From the NCBI GenBank assembly GCA_963764715.1, contig CAVXTP010000010.1, positions 222,024 to 286,023 of the forward strand: 64,000 nucleotides of DNA, in the 5' to 3' direction. How positions within the stretch are numbered: position 1 is the first letter of the stretch; every line of letters begins with the position of its first letter. The position numbers and the translations under genes are program-made. Origin of the DNA: an uncultured Acidobacteriota bacterium (GTDB lineage: Bacteria; Acidobacteriota; Thermoanaerobaculia; UBA5066; Gp7-AA6). Below are positions 1 through 9,349 of the stretch, piece after piece. The notes beneath the pieces were generated by a model. That model made no database searches. It had not been told where the DNA came from and worked only from the letters and a program-made list of their open reading frames with translations.

Positions 1-3000
1 GTCCGACTGCGCGTCGGGGACCTGGATCTCGACGTTGGCGAGCGTGAACTCGTCGAAATCGAGGCCCGCGAGGGAGATGGCCTCGTCCGTTCCGTAGGCC
101 ACCTCGAGGCGGACGACCTTGTTGTCGAAGCTTCCGCCCGGGGACAGTGCGCCCGTGCTCCACGTGCTCGCGACGAAGGCGGGGTTGCCGGGGTTCGTCC
201 CGTTCCATCCGGGCTCGCCTCCGACGACGCAGAACCCGGTGGCCCCGAGGTTGGCCGTGTAGACCTGCCCGCCGCTCGGCGAGACGACCGTGCTGGCGCC
301 GGTCGCGGGGTCGTAGACCGAGACGTTCGCCCGGTCGTAGGCCTGGTCGGAGGTCGGCTCGATCGCGTAGCGCTCCTGCATCGCCAGCGTCGAGACGTCG
401 GCGCCGAGGCGGATCAGGGGGCTGCGGATCACGTCGCACGAGAAGAGCGCGCTCGAGGACGACGTGACGTGGGCAGCTGTTCCGCTCGCCCCGCCCCCGA
501 CGGTGGTGCGCGCGAACGTGCCGCTGACGACCTTCCAGCCCTCGAGGTCGGTCTCGAATCCGAAGGTGTGGCTCGCGGCGGCCTGGAAGTCGCTCTCGAC
601 GTTCTCGAACTGCAGCGTGACCGTACGAGTCTGTCCGAGGCCGTCGAGCTCGTCCGAGGCGAGGGTCACGCGGACCTCGCTCGTCTCGTCGAAGGCGAGG
701 CCCTGGGCCTGGAGCTGGAACGAGGCTTGCGCGACGTCGCACTCGGCGAGGCTCGCCGTGACGTCGATCGGAAGGGAGGACACGATGATCGTCGAGGGGT
801 GCGTCAGCGGCTCGATCGCCACGATGCGCACGTTGGTCTGGGTTCCCGTGCCGGTGTTCTTCACGTCGAACGTGGCGGTCGCGAGCTCGCAGTTGTCGAG
901 GAAGGGATCGCCGTCGCCGCCCGACACCGCGGGGAGCACCGACGCGACGCCGAGGCCAGGCCCGCCCGCGGGCACGACCGAAACGCACGCGCTCATCGGG
1001 CCGAAGCAGGCGTCGCTCGTGCCGAGCGCGGTGACGCTGTAGTCGTACGTGCGTCCGTTCTGCAGGCCTTCGTCGACGAAGGCCAGGTCCGCCGTCTCCG
1101 CGAGCTTGACCTTGCCGAACTCGCAGCCTCCCACGCCCTCGGTTCGGTACACCGCGTAGGCCGAGGCGTTGGCCACGGCGGTCCAGCTCAACGCGGCGCT
1201 CTTGTCGCGGGACTCGACGGTCACGGCGGTCGCCGTGGTCGGGCCGCCGGCGCAGCCCGCGTTGGCCTGGGCGGGCGTGGCGCAGGCGATCTGGTGGCGG
1301 TTGAACGCCGCGAAGATGGCCGTCATGTGGGGCGTGCCGTCGGCGAGATTGCCGTTGTCGTCGTCGGCGGCGAGGATGTTGAGATAGCCGCCCGTCGCGC
1401 CGCAGCCGCCGCCGGCGGCGCACGTGTACCAGCTCGTCACGACCTGGCTGCCGAGGTAGAAGAGCCGCGTCGCGACCTCGCGGGCCATCTCGGTCGAGTA
1501 GTTGAACGGGCCGGCCGTCAGGTCCCTGGTCGCGAGATCCCAGGCGACCTCGGCGACGATCATGCCCTCGCAATGGGTCTCGCGGTTGCACGGGCCGCGC
1601 GAGCCCAGGTTCGGGCAGGCCTGAGCGAAGGTGATCCCGTGGGGAACACCGCTCACGTGGTTGGCAAAGTCGATGTCCCGAATTCCGGAGCACGCCGTGC
1701 AGGCATCGCCATAGCCGGTACAGTCGCCCACGAGGAAGAAGCCCCGACCGATGCAGGAGGTGTTCAGTCGAAGGGCGGCGTAAATGTCGGCGATCGACTC
1801 ACCGGGGGAGGTGATCGACGGATTGACGCCGTTGTTGTCCATGCCGTGTCCCCACTCGTGGTCGAAGACCGCGGCGATCTCGCCCGTGTTGCCGCAGCCG
1901 CCGCCCGAGCGGAAGAAGTTGACGGTGGTCCCGTTCCAGAACGCATTGCAGGTGCTGACGATGTTCATGTTGGCGGTCAGCTGCTGCTGGAGCCAGCCGT
2001 TCGTCGGGAGCTGGCCGCGGGCCTGCTCCTTCATCCGGTTGAGCTCGTAGAAGCCGGAGCGCGCGGAGTGGGTGTCGCCGGCGGACCGGCCGGCGGGGAC
2101 CGTGCAGTCGTGGCCGGCGCTCGTCCCGAGGTCGATGTTGCCGGCGTTCGTCTCGCTGATCGCTCCGCACGTGTCGAGGATCTTGACGAAACGGCCCGAA
2201 AGGGTCGTCGAGATCGAGCCCGGGATGCATCCGGCGTTGCCGCCGCCATCGGTGAAGCTCGTTCCGCCGGGCGCGGTGTCGGCCCAGGGCATCGGCCAGC
2301 CGGCCTGCTCGGTGCCCTCGGGCCCGGAGCCGTCGTTGGAGACGGGGAACACTCCGCCGACGACCTGGTGCTGCGCGTACTGGTTTCGGTCCTCCAGCGC
2401 GAGGACTTCACCCGTCCTCGCGTCGATGAGCGTCTCCCAGCGTCCGAGGTCTCCGGCGACGCGGCTTTCGATCACCCACGCCAGGCGGTAGGAGAGGGCA
2501 TCGCCACCGTCGGCCGGAACGAGCTCGAGGTGGGGGCCCTTGGAGCGGCTTTCCACCCGGAAGGGGTCGAGGAAGGCCTCCGCGCGTGCCTCGGCCTCGG
2601 ATGCGGTGATCGCGGGAACGAGGGCCGCGTCGACGTCGCCCCAGCTCGCGAGACCCAGCAGAACGAGGTTGCCGTGGTTGAGCGTGGCCGTCACGGCGTT
2701 GCCCCGCACGGGGATGCCGTCGACGACGCGCGGGATGTAGACGTAGACCAGGTCGCCTCCCGACAGCACGGCGACGCGCGGGGTGCTCGAGATCTGCGAG
2801 GGATCGATTCGAAGCGCCGTCTGCCCGCGCACGTACGCGAGCACGGCGGCCGCCGCGGCCTCCCGCCACTCCGAGTCATCGGCGGGCGGGTGCCCGGAGA
2901 TCCACGAAACCCGGTTGCCGACCCCCGAGCCCGGCAGCAGCGGCCGGGAGAGGACGAGCGAGCTCCAGCGGCCGGTGCGCGAGTCGAAGTAGGCGCCCGC

Positions 3001-3222
3001 CTCCGTCGCCCCGAGCTGTGCGAGCTCGGTGTCGCGAACCGAGGGCGCGAGCAGCACGACGGTGTTCGCGGGCTCGTTGCGTTCCTCGACGTACAGGGCC
3101 GGATGCCGGAAGACCTTTGCGGCAACCTCCGAGGACGATGGCTGCACCAGCGCGGCGAGCGGCGCGGATCCGATGCACGCAGCCAGCAAAATGACGCAGA
3201 TCCTGGCGGACCGACGCTTCAT
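1..3222 (-). CDS. Large secreted zinc metalloprotease (M4/M36-like, with propeptide and C-terminal beta-rich domains); 3' end lies outside the window
   Basis: Not in the ORF track because the frame runs off the left edge. Hand translation from ATG 3222 gives MKRRSARICVILLAACIG (signal peptide), a PepSY-like stretch (YRLAWVI...ETLIDARTGEVL), CNAFWNG, and the zinc motif HEWGH (1846-1860) followed by GESIAD. Confidence 0.8.
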   Translation of the reverse strand, partial: MKRRSARICVILLAACIGSAPLAALVQPSSSEVAAKVFRHPALYVEERNEPANTVVLLAPSVRDTELAQLGATEAGAYFDSRTGRWSSLVLSRPLLPGSGVGNRVSWISGHPPADDSEWREAAAAAVLAYVRGQTALRIDPSQISSTPRVAVLSGGDLVYVYIPRVVDGIPVRGNAVTATLNHGNLVLLGLASWGDVDAALVPAITASEAEARAEAFLDPFRVESRSKGPHLELVPADGGDALSYRLAWVIESRVAGDLGRWETLIDARTGEVLALEDRNQYAQHQVVGGVFPVSNDGSGPEGTEQAGWPMPWADTAPGGTSFTDGGGNAGCIPGSISTTLSGRFVKILDTCGAISETNAGNIDLGTSAGHDCTVPAGRSAGDTHSARSGFYELNRMKEQARGQLPTNGWLQQQLTANMNIVSTCNAFWNGTTVNFFRSGGGCGNTGEIAAVFDHEWGHGMDNNGVNPSITSPGESIADIYAALRLNTSCIGRGFFLVGDCTGYGDACTACSGIRDIDFANHVSGVPHGITFAQACPNLGSRGPCNRETHCEGMIVAEVAWDLATRDLTAGPFNYSTEMAREVATRLFYLGSQVVTSWYTCAAGGGCGATGGYLNILAADDDNGNLADGTPHMTAIFAAFNRHQIACATPAQANAGCAGGPTTATAVTVESRDKSAALSWTAVANASAYAVYRTEGVGGCEFGKVKLAETADLAFVDEGLQNGRTYDYSVTALGTSDACFGPMSACVSVVPAGGPGLGVASVLPAVSGGDGDPFLDNCELATATFDVKNTGTGTQTNVRIVAIEPLTHPSTIIVSSLPIDVTASLAECDVAQASFQLQAQGLAFDETSEVRVTLASDELDGLGQTRTVTLQFENVESDFQAAASHTFGFETDLEGWKVVSGTFARTTVGGGASGTAAHVTSSSSALFSCDVIRSPLIRLGADVSTLAMQERYAIEPTSDQAYDRANVSVYDPATGASTVVSPSGGQVYTANLGATGFCVVGGEPGWNGTNPGNPAFVASTWSTGALSPGGSFDNKVVRLEVAYGTDEAISLAGLDFDEFTLANVEIQVPDAQSD

Positions 3223-3345
3223 GGATTCCCTCCGGATTGCTGAATTCTGTGGAATCAGTCTAGCGTCGTTCGGCGCCGCTGACGCGCCGGGGAACCCAAA
3301 AAGTGCGGTACGCGCCTTGCAATCACATTCCGCGGAGGCGAACTC

Positions 3346-3534
3346 ATGACCGATTCCAGAAAGCCCGAGGATGCCCCGTCCGTCCAGAATCCCCGCGACG
3401 CGTACGGCTTTCAGGAGGCCCCCGCCGAGCAGGGCCTCAAGAAGCCGCCGACAGACTTTGGTAGAGGCGAAGATTCCGGCGAGTGGACGCGCGGGGGAGG
3501 GACGGACCCGAACGAGGAGGCCGGAAAGGCGTAG
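3346..3534 (+). CDS. Small hydrophilic hypothetical protein (62 aa)
   Basis: GGAGG lies 7 nt before the ATG; GC-rich third codon positions; fills the gap between the protease and the tRNA. Confidence 0.5.
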   Translation: MTDSRKPEDAPSVQNPRDAYGFQEAPAEQGLKKPPTDFGRGEDSGEWTRGGGTDPNEEAGKA

Positions 3535-3591
3535 CGTTCCAGACACGCTCCGGCCACGCGCCGTCCGACCTGCAGATTACAGAGGTTGAAT

Positions 3592-3668
3592 TGGTGGAGC
3601 TGAACGGGATCGAACCGTCGACCTCCTGAGTGCGATTCAGGCGCTCTCCCAAACTGAGCTACAGCCCC
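3592..3668 (-). tRNA. tRNA-Ala (anticodon CGC)
   Basis: Minus strand GGGGCTGTAGCTCAGTTTGGGAGAGCGCCTGAATCGCACTCAGGAGGTCGACGGTTCGATCCCGTTCAGCTCCACCA folds as a cloverleaf with anticodon stem CCTGA/TCAGG around CGC, a TTCGA T-loop, the G3:U70 Ala determinant and encoded CCA. Confidence 0.97.
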
Positions 3669-3728
3669 ACGCGGAAGAGGGCGCGGAGAATAGCACGGCG
3701 GGAGCGGAGGCGGCAAACTCCTTCCCGT

Positions 3729-5150
3729 TCAGTCGTCTGGCGGGGAGGCTTCGAGTCGCCGACTCCCCGCCGTCTCGACGACCCAGGCCGCGTCCGCGAC
3801 GAGGATCAGGTCACACATCGCCTGAAACGCATAGAGGTGCCGCTCGAGCTCGAGGTGCCAGTCTCCGAGCGCTGCCACGAGGAAGGCGCCCGCGGCCATC
3901 GCGACGAGAATCGCGAGCCCCTCCCGAAAGAGCCGGCCACGGGGGGATGCGCGGCGGTAGGTCGCCGCCGCGGCGGCCAGCGTGCCGCCGAAGAGAACGA
4001 TCAGGACGGGTCCTCCCGAGAGCCGGAAGCGGAGCGCGCTCCAGGCACCCCGCGCCCTGGCAGACGCCGGCGCACCGGACTCCCTCGCGAAGTGGCCGAG
4101 GTCGCGCGGCTGGAGCGCGAAGGACGACTGCGCCGCGCGCGAGAGGATCGCCGCGAGGCGTTCCGGGTGCCGAAGGTAGATCACGCGGGGCGAGGGCCGG
4201 CCCCGGTCGAAAAACGCCCGGATCTCCGGGAGGCGCGCCGGCGATTCTGGGACCCAGGCGGAGACCCCCGCGAACCGGGCGAGCTCCGGGTCGAGCCCGA
4301 GCTCGGCGAGATCGGCCTTCGGGTCCGGCGAGCCCGGCAGCAACTCGACGAAGAGCATGTTGTAGCGCGCCACCCATCCGGAGGACGCCTCGGCGCCGCG
4401 GTAGTAGCGCCAGGCGAGGCCCAAGAGGACGGCCGCGAAGAGAAGCGCGGCCGCGCGGCCCCGCCGCGACCCCCGCCACGCGAGCCGGACACCGAAAGGC
4501 GCGAGGAGGATGGCCTGGACGCTCTCCTGGGGCTTCGAGCAGACGAAGAGCGCGGCGCCGAGAAAGTAGGCCGCGAGCACCGGCCCTTCGAGACGGCCGC
4601 GCCGGACGCCCCAGGCCGCGACGCCGACGGTCAGCAGAAGGAAGAGAAGCGATGCCGTCTGGCTGTAGAGGGACTGGAAGGGCGCGACGTAACCGGGGTC
4701 GGTGAAGAAGAAGACGAGGAGAGCCGCGGCGACCGCCTGGGCCGGCGCGGACAGTCCACCGCACGCCGAGACGAGGAGGCCGAGGGCGGCAAGGAAAAGC
4801 GCGGCGTGGAGGGCCCCGAGGAAACGGATGTCGAAGAACGCGCCCGTCGACAGCCGCCGCGAAACGCCGACGGCCAGGTCGACCAGGAGGGACTCCGACG
4901 TCCGGAACGCCGAAAGATCCGCCGTCCGGGGCGCGTAGGCGAACCGCGGCTGCATCCAGCGGAAGAACCGGTCGTCCCGGTCCGCGCTCACGGGGGCGAG
5001 GCCGGCGGGCAACATGACCCGGTCGAAGTCGCCGTTGTCCGCCATGCCCACGATCGGCGGAACGAGCAGGAGGGCGGTCAGCGCCGCCGCGGCGGCGGCG
5101 AGGGCGGCCGCCGTGACGAGGCGGCTCCGCGCGATCTCGTGCGGCGGCAT
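3729..5150 (-). CDS. Polytopic membrane protein, WsfD-like putative GT-C glycosyltransferase
   Basis: GMADNGDFDR motif follows the first TM helix; many further hydrophobic segments. Confidence 0.6.
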   Translation of the reverse strand: MPPHEIARSRLVTAAALAAAAAALTALLLVPPIVGMADNGDFDRVMLPAGLAPVSADRDDRFFRWMQPRFAYAPRTADLSAFRTSESLLVDLAVGVSRRLSTGAFFDIRFLGALHAALFLAALGLLVSACGGLSAPAQAVAAALLVFFFTDPGYVAPFQSLYSQTASLLFLLLTVGVAAWGVRRGRLEGPVLAAYFLGAALFVCSKPQESVQAILLAPFGVRLAWRGSRRGRAAALLFAAVLLGLAWRYYRGAEASSGWVARYNMLFVELLPGSPDPKADLAELGLDPELARFAGVSAWVPESPARLPEIRAFFDRGRPSPRVIYLRHPERLAAILSRAAQSSFALQPRDLGHFARESGAPASARARGAWSALRFRLSGGPVLIVLFGGTLAAAAATYRRASPRGRLFREGLAILVAMAAGAFLVAALGDWHLELERHLYAFQAMCDLILVADAAWVVETAGSRRLEASPPDD

Positions 5151-5191
5151 CGGCGCGAGCCTACACTCCGATCGGCTAGGATGCGTGCCGC

Positions 5192-6391
5192 ATGGAGCAC
5201 GGGATGGACGTCGGCGCGTTCCTTCTGGCCTTCGGCTCGGCCCTTGTGGGCGCGAAGATCTTCGGCGCGCTGGCCGAACGGGTCGGGCAGCCGGCGGTGC
5301 TCGGCGAGCTGCTGGCCGGCATCGTGCTGGGGTCGTCGGTTCTCGGTCTCGTACCGCTCTCCGACGGGGTCTTTCTGCTGTCCGAGATCGGCGTCGTCCT
5401 TCTGCTCTTCGAGGTCGGGCTCGAAACGGACCTCCAGGAGCTCCTGCGCGTGGGCGCCCCCGCCCTGGCCGTGGCGCTTGCCGGCATGGTCCTCCCGTTC
5501 GCCGGAGGCTACGCGCTGACCCTGGCGCTCGGTTACGAAACGCTGACCGCGATCTTCGTCGGCGCCGCGCTGACCGCGACGTCGATCGGCATCACGGCGC
5601 GCGTCCTCTCGGAGCTCGGCGTGCTGAAGACGCGGGAAGGCCAGATCATCCTCGGGGCCGCCGTAATCGACGACGTACTCGGGCTCGTGGTGCTCGCGAT
5701 CGTCAGCAAGATCGCCCAGAGCGGCGCCCTCGAGCCGTCCGTGGCCTTGAAGTCGGCGCTCTCCGCGATCGGATTCCTGGTCGTCGCGCTGGTGGCCGGG
5801 ATCCCGCTCGGGCACTGGCTCGTGCGGATCGTGGGTCGATCGAAGGTGCGCGGAATGCTCGGCGCGGCCGCGGTGGCCTTCGCCCTGCTCGTCGCGTGGG
5901 GCGCGAAGAAGGCCGACTCGGCGCCGATCGTCGGCGCCTTCGCCGCCGGCATGGCGCTCGCGCGGACCAACCGGCGCCACGACATCGACCACGCGCTCAA
6001 GCCGGTCGTCGACATCTTCGCGCCGCTCTTCTTCGTCTACGTCGGCGCCCAGGTCGACGTCCGGCTGCTCAACCCGGCGGTTCCGGAGAACCGACCCGCC
6101 CTGCTCCTGGGCCTCGGCCTGACGCTGATCGGCTTCCTCGGGAAGTTCGCGGCGGGCTTCTGCGCCTGGGGCGGCGTGCGGCGCGCCTTCATCGGGGCCG
6201 GCATGGTTCCCCGCGGCGAGGTCGGCCTGATCTTCGCCGCGCTGGGGCTGGCCGACAAGGCCCTGCCCGAGCGGGTGTTCGTCGCCGTCCTCGTCGCGGT
6301 CTTCGCGACCACGTTCGTGACGCCGCCGCTCCTGAAGCTGCTCAGGCCGGGGGCGGCTTCGCGGCCTCGCCCCGCGGGCGCAGCTGCGTGA
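5192..6391 (+). CDS. Cation:proton antiporter (CPA2, NapA/Kef-like)
   Basis: LLFEVGLETD, ATSIGIT, GAAVIDDVLG and GMVPRGEVGLIFA motifs; about 12 TM segments. Confidence 0.92.
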   Translation: MEHGMDVGAFLLAFGSALVGAKIFGALAERVGQPAVLGELLAGIVLGSSVLGLVPLSDGVFLLSEIGVVLLLFEVGLETDLQELLRVGAPALAVALAGMVLPFAGGYALTLALGYETLTAIFVGAALTATSIGITARVLSELGVLKTREGQIILGAAVIDDVLGLVVLAIVSKIAQSGALEPSVALKSALSAIGFLVVALVAGIPLGHWLVRIVGRSKVRGMLGAAAVAFALLVAWGAKKADSAPIVGAFAAGMALARTNRRHDIDHALKPVVDIFAPLFFVYVGAQVDVRLLNPAVPENRPALLLGLGLTLIGFLGKFAAGFCAWGGVRRAFIGAGMVPRGEVGLIFAALGLADKALPERVFVAVLVAVFATTFVTPPLLKLLRPGAASRPRPAGAAA

Positions 6392-7577
6392 GGGTGGTCG
6401 ACAGGAGGGCCCGGCGCTCCGCGTCGAGTCGCGAAAACAGCGGCTCCAGCACGGTCGCCACGCGGTCGTGGCCGTGCGGGTTGATGTGGAAGAGGCCGGG
6501 GGAGAGCGCGTCGATGACGCGGGCGACCGTGATCTGCCGGTTGGAGACCGCCAGCCGGTAACCCGCGGTCGGGTCCCCGTCGATCAGCCCGGCCTTCTTC
6601 AGGTCCTCCAGGATCGCCAGGGTCTCGGCGGTCGAGGCGTCGGGGTTGGTTTCGAGGTCCTTGAGCGGCGAGGGCTCGACGGACGACATGCACAGGAGCA
6701 TCCGGATCGCCTTCTCGGCGCGCCCCTCGCGCCGCTGGTCCGTGGTCGCCCCCGAGCTCTCCTTCTGCAGGACGTGCGTCAGCTCGACGCCGAAGAGGAT
6801 CAGGGCCCACGCGAAGTAGAGCGACACGATGGCGAAGAGGGCGAAGGCGAGGGAGCCGGTGATCAGGTTCATGCGGAGCATCGCTTCGACGTAGACGCCG
6901 AAGACGAGGCGCAGCAGCTCGAGCCCGAGCGCGCACGTGGCGCCGGCGACGGCCGCGGGCGCGAGCCGGACCCGGGCGTTGGGCACGTACCGGTAGAGGA
7001 GCGTGAGGAAGAAGGCCTTCAGGAGAAACGGCGCGGCCGCCGCCACGAGGGTCGAGCTCCAGATCGAGGTCGCGTCGGCCGAGCGCATCGCGCGCAGGCC
7101 CGCACCGATCCCGCCGAGGACGAGACCGAGGGCCGCGAGCGCGAAGGTGTAGAGAAAGATCCGCGTCAGGCGCGCCCGGCGCCGGGGCGCCCCCCAGACC
7201 GCGTTGAAGACGCCCTCGACGACGAAGACGAGGCGGACGGACGCGATGACCAGCAGGACCACCCCGACGGTCGAAATGGCCTTGGACTCGACGATGAAGT
7301 CCCGGATCGTGGCGGAGAACCGGGCCGGGGGATACGGGATCACGGCGTTCAAGACCGACAGGATCTCGTCGTCGTTTTCCTCGAAGAACCCGACCAGCAC
7401 CAGCGAGAACGTCGCGAGGAGCGGAACCGCCGTCAGCAGCGTGGTGAAGGCGAGCGAGCCGGCGAGGTCGAGCCCCCGGTCGGCGCGGAACCCGCGGAGC
7501 GTCTCGGCCACGACGCCTCGCAGGGTCCATCCCGCCCGGCGGCGGTCCGGGCGCGCGGTTGCGACGTCGGTGCTCAC
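6342..7577 (-). CDS. YihY/BrkB family membrane protein with C-terminal Rrf2-like winged helix
   Basis: AGSLAFTTLLTAVP, FNAVWG, LYRYVPN, WALILFGVEL; C-terminal ILEDLKKAGLI...GYRLA...ITVARVIDAL. Confidence 0.85.
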   Translation of the reverse strand: MSTDVATARPDRRRAGWTLRGVVAETLRGFRADRGLDLAGSLAFTTLLTAVPLLATFSLVLVGFFEENDDEILSVLNAVIPYPPARFSATIRDFIVESKAISTVGVVLLVIASVRLVFVVEGVFNAVWGAPRRRARLTRIFLYTFALAALGLVLGGIGAGLRAMRSADATSIWSSTLVAAAAPFLLKAFFLTLLYRYVPNARVRLAPAAVAGATCALGLELLRLVFGVYVEAMLRMNLITGSLAFALFAIVSLYFAWALILFGVELTHVLQKESSGATTDQRREGRAEKAIRMLLCMSSVEPSPLKDLETNPDASTAETLAILEDLKKAGLIDGDPTAGYRLAVSNRQITVARVIDALSPGLFHINPHGHDRVATVLEPLFSRLDAERRALLSTTLTQLRPRGEAAKPPPA

Positions 7578-7637
7578 GATTCCTCCATCCGCAGGCCCGT
7601 CAAGGGTATATGATGCGGCCCCGTACCGGAGGTGATC

Positions 7638-7928
7638 ATGGCGAAAGAAACCCCGTTCGACCGCGCCCGCGACTTCGTCGAAGAGAAGATCGACAAGACG
7701 AAGGAGACGCTGGGCGACTCCTATTCGAAGGCGCGCGACCAGTTCGACGACGTCAGCGAGGACGTGCGCAAGACCGTCAAGTCGACCGCCAAGCGCATCG
7801 AGAAGGATTACGGCTACCTGTGGGACGACCTGCGCGGCTACGTGCGCGAGAACCCGGGCACCTCGCTCGCGATCTCGGCCGCGGTCGGTTTCGTCCTGGG
7901 CTTCCTGCTGCGCGGCGACGACGACTAG
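7638..7928 (+). CDS. DUF883/ElaB/YqjD-family tail-anchored protein
   Basis: Charged helical body, then YVRENP...SLAISAAVGFVLGFLL; GGAGG ribosome-binding site. Confidence 0.85.
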   Translation: MAKETPFDRARDFVEEKIDKTKETLGDSYSKARDQFDDVSEDVRKTVKSTAKRIEKDYGYLWDDLRGYVRENPGTSLAISAAVGFVLGFLLRGDDD

Positions 7929-7963
7929 CGTCCCCGGAGCCCGGGCCGTCGATCCGAGACTCC

Positions 7964-7969
7964 TATAAT
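7964..7969 (+). promoter_or_regulatory. Consensus -10 element (TATAAT) 6 nt upstream of the selD GTG; probable leaderless promoter
   Basis: Perfect TATAAT in very GC-rich DNA, with no Shine-Dalgarno between it and the start. Confidence 0.6.
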
Positions 7970-7975
7970 CCCGGC

Positions 7976-9070
<1,095 letters not shown>

Positions 9071-9091
9071 GAAGGGCAGGGGCAGGGGCGC

Positions 9092-9349
9092 ATGGCCGAC
9101 AGCGAAGAGTGGGTCGAAGTGGCCGCGGTCGGGGACGACGAGGAGGCCGAGATCATCGCGGGGCTGCTCGAGTCCGAAGACATCCCGTGCGAGATCGAGG
9201 GCGCCCCGTCGCCCTGGCCGGAGAACCTCGGGGCGCTCGGCGCGTCGCGCGTGCTCGTGCCCCCCGATCGCGCCGACGAGGCGCGCGCCCTGATCGCCGA
9301 GCGCGAGCGCGACGCGGAGCGGAACCTGACGGACCCCGCCGGGGAATGA
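9092..9349 (+). CDS. DUF2007-family small protein
   Basis: EAEIIAGLLESEDIPC...VLVPPDRADEARALI pattern. Confidence 0.75.
   Translation: MADSEEWVEVAAVGDDEEAEIIAGLLESEDIPCEIEGAPSPWPENLGALGASRVLVPPDRADEARALIAERERDAERNLTDPAGE

Noticed and set aside
469-3243. 924-aa plus-strand ORF and other very long Arg/Gly/Ala-rich ORFs (for example 27299-30808, 40082-44293, 40768-43617, 55582-58851)
   Set aside because: Antisense or off-frame shadows of real genes in very GC-rich DNA; low-complexity products with no motifs.
3540-3668. tRNA-Ala 3' end as an integration site
   Set aside because: No duplicated tRNA end, integrase or compositional break seen in the window.
6342-6391. Convergent gene overlaps (also 35446-35498 and 47860-47915)
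   Set aside because: 3'-end overlaps of about 50 bp are common where stop codons are rare; no sign of special function.
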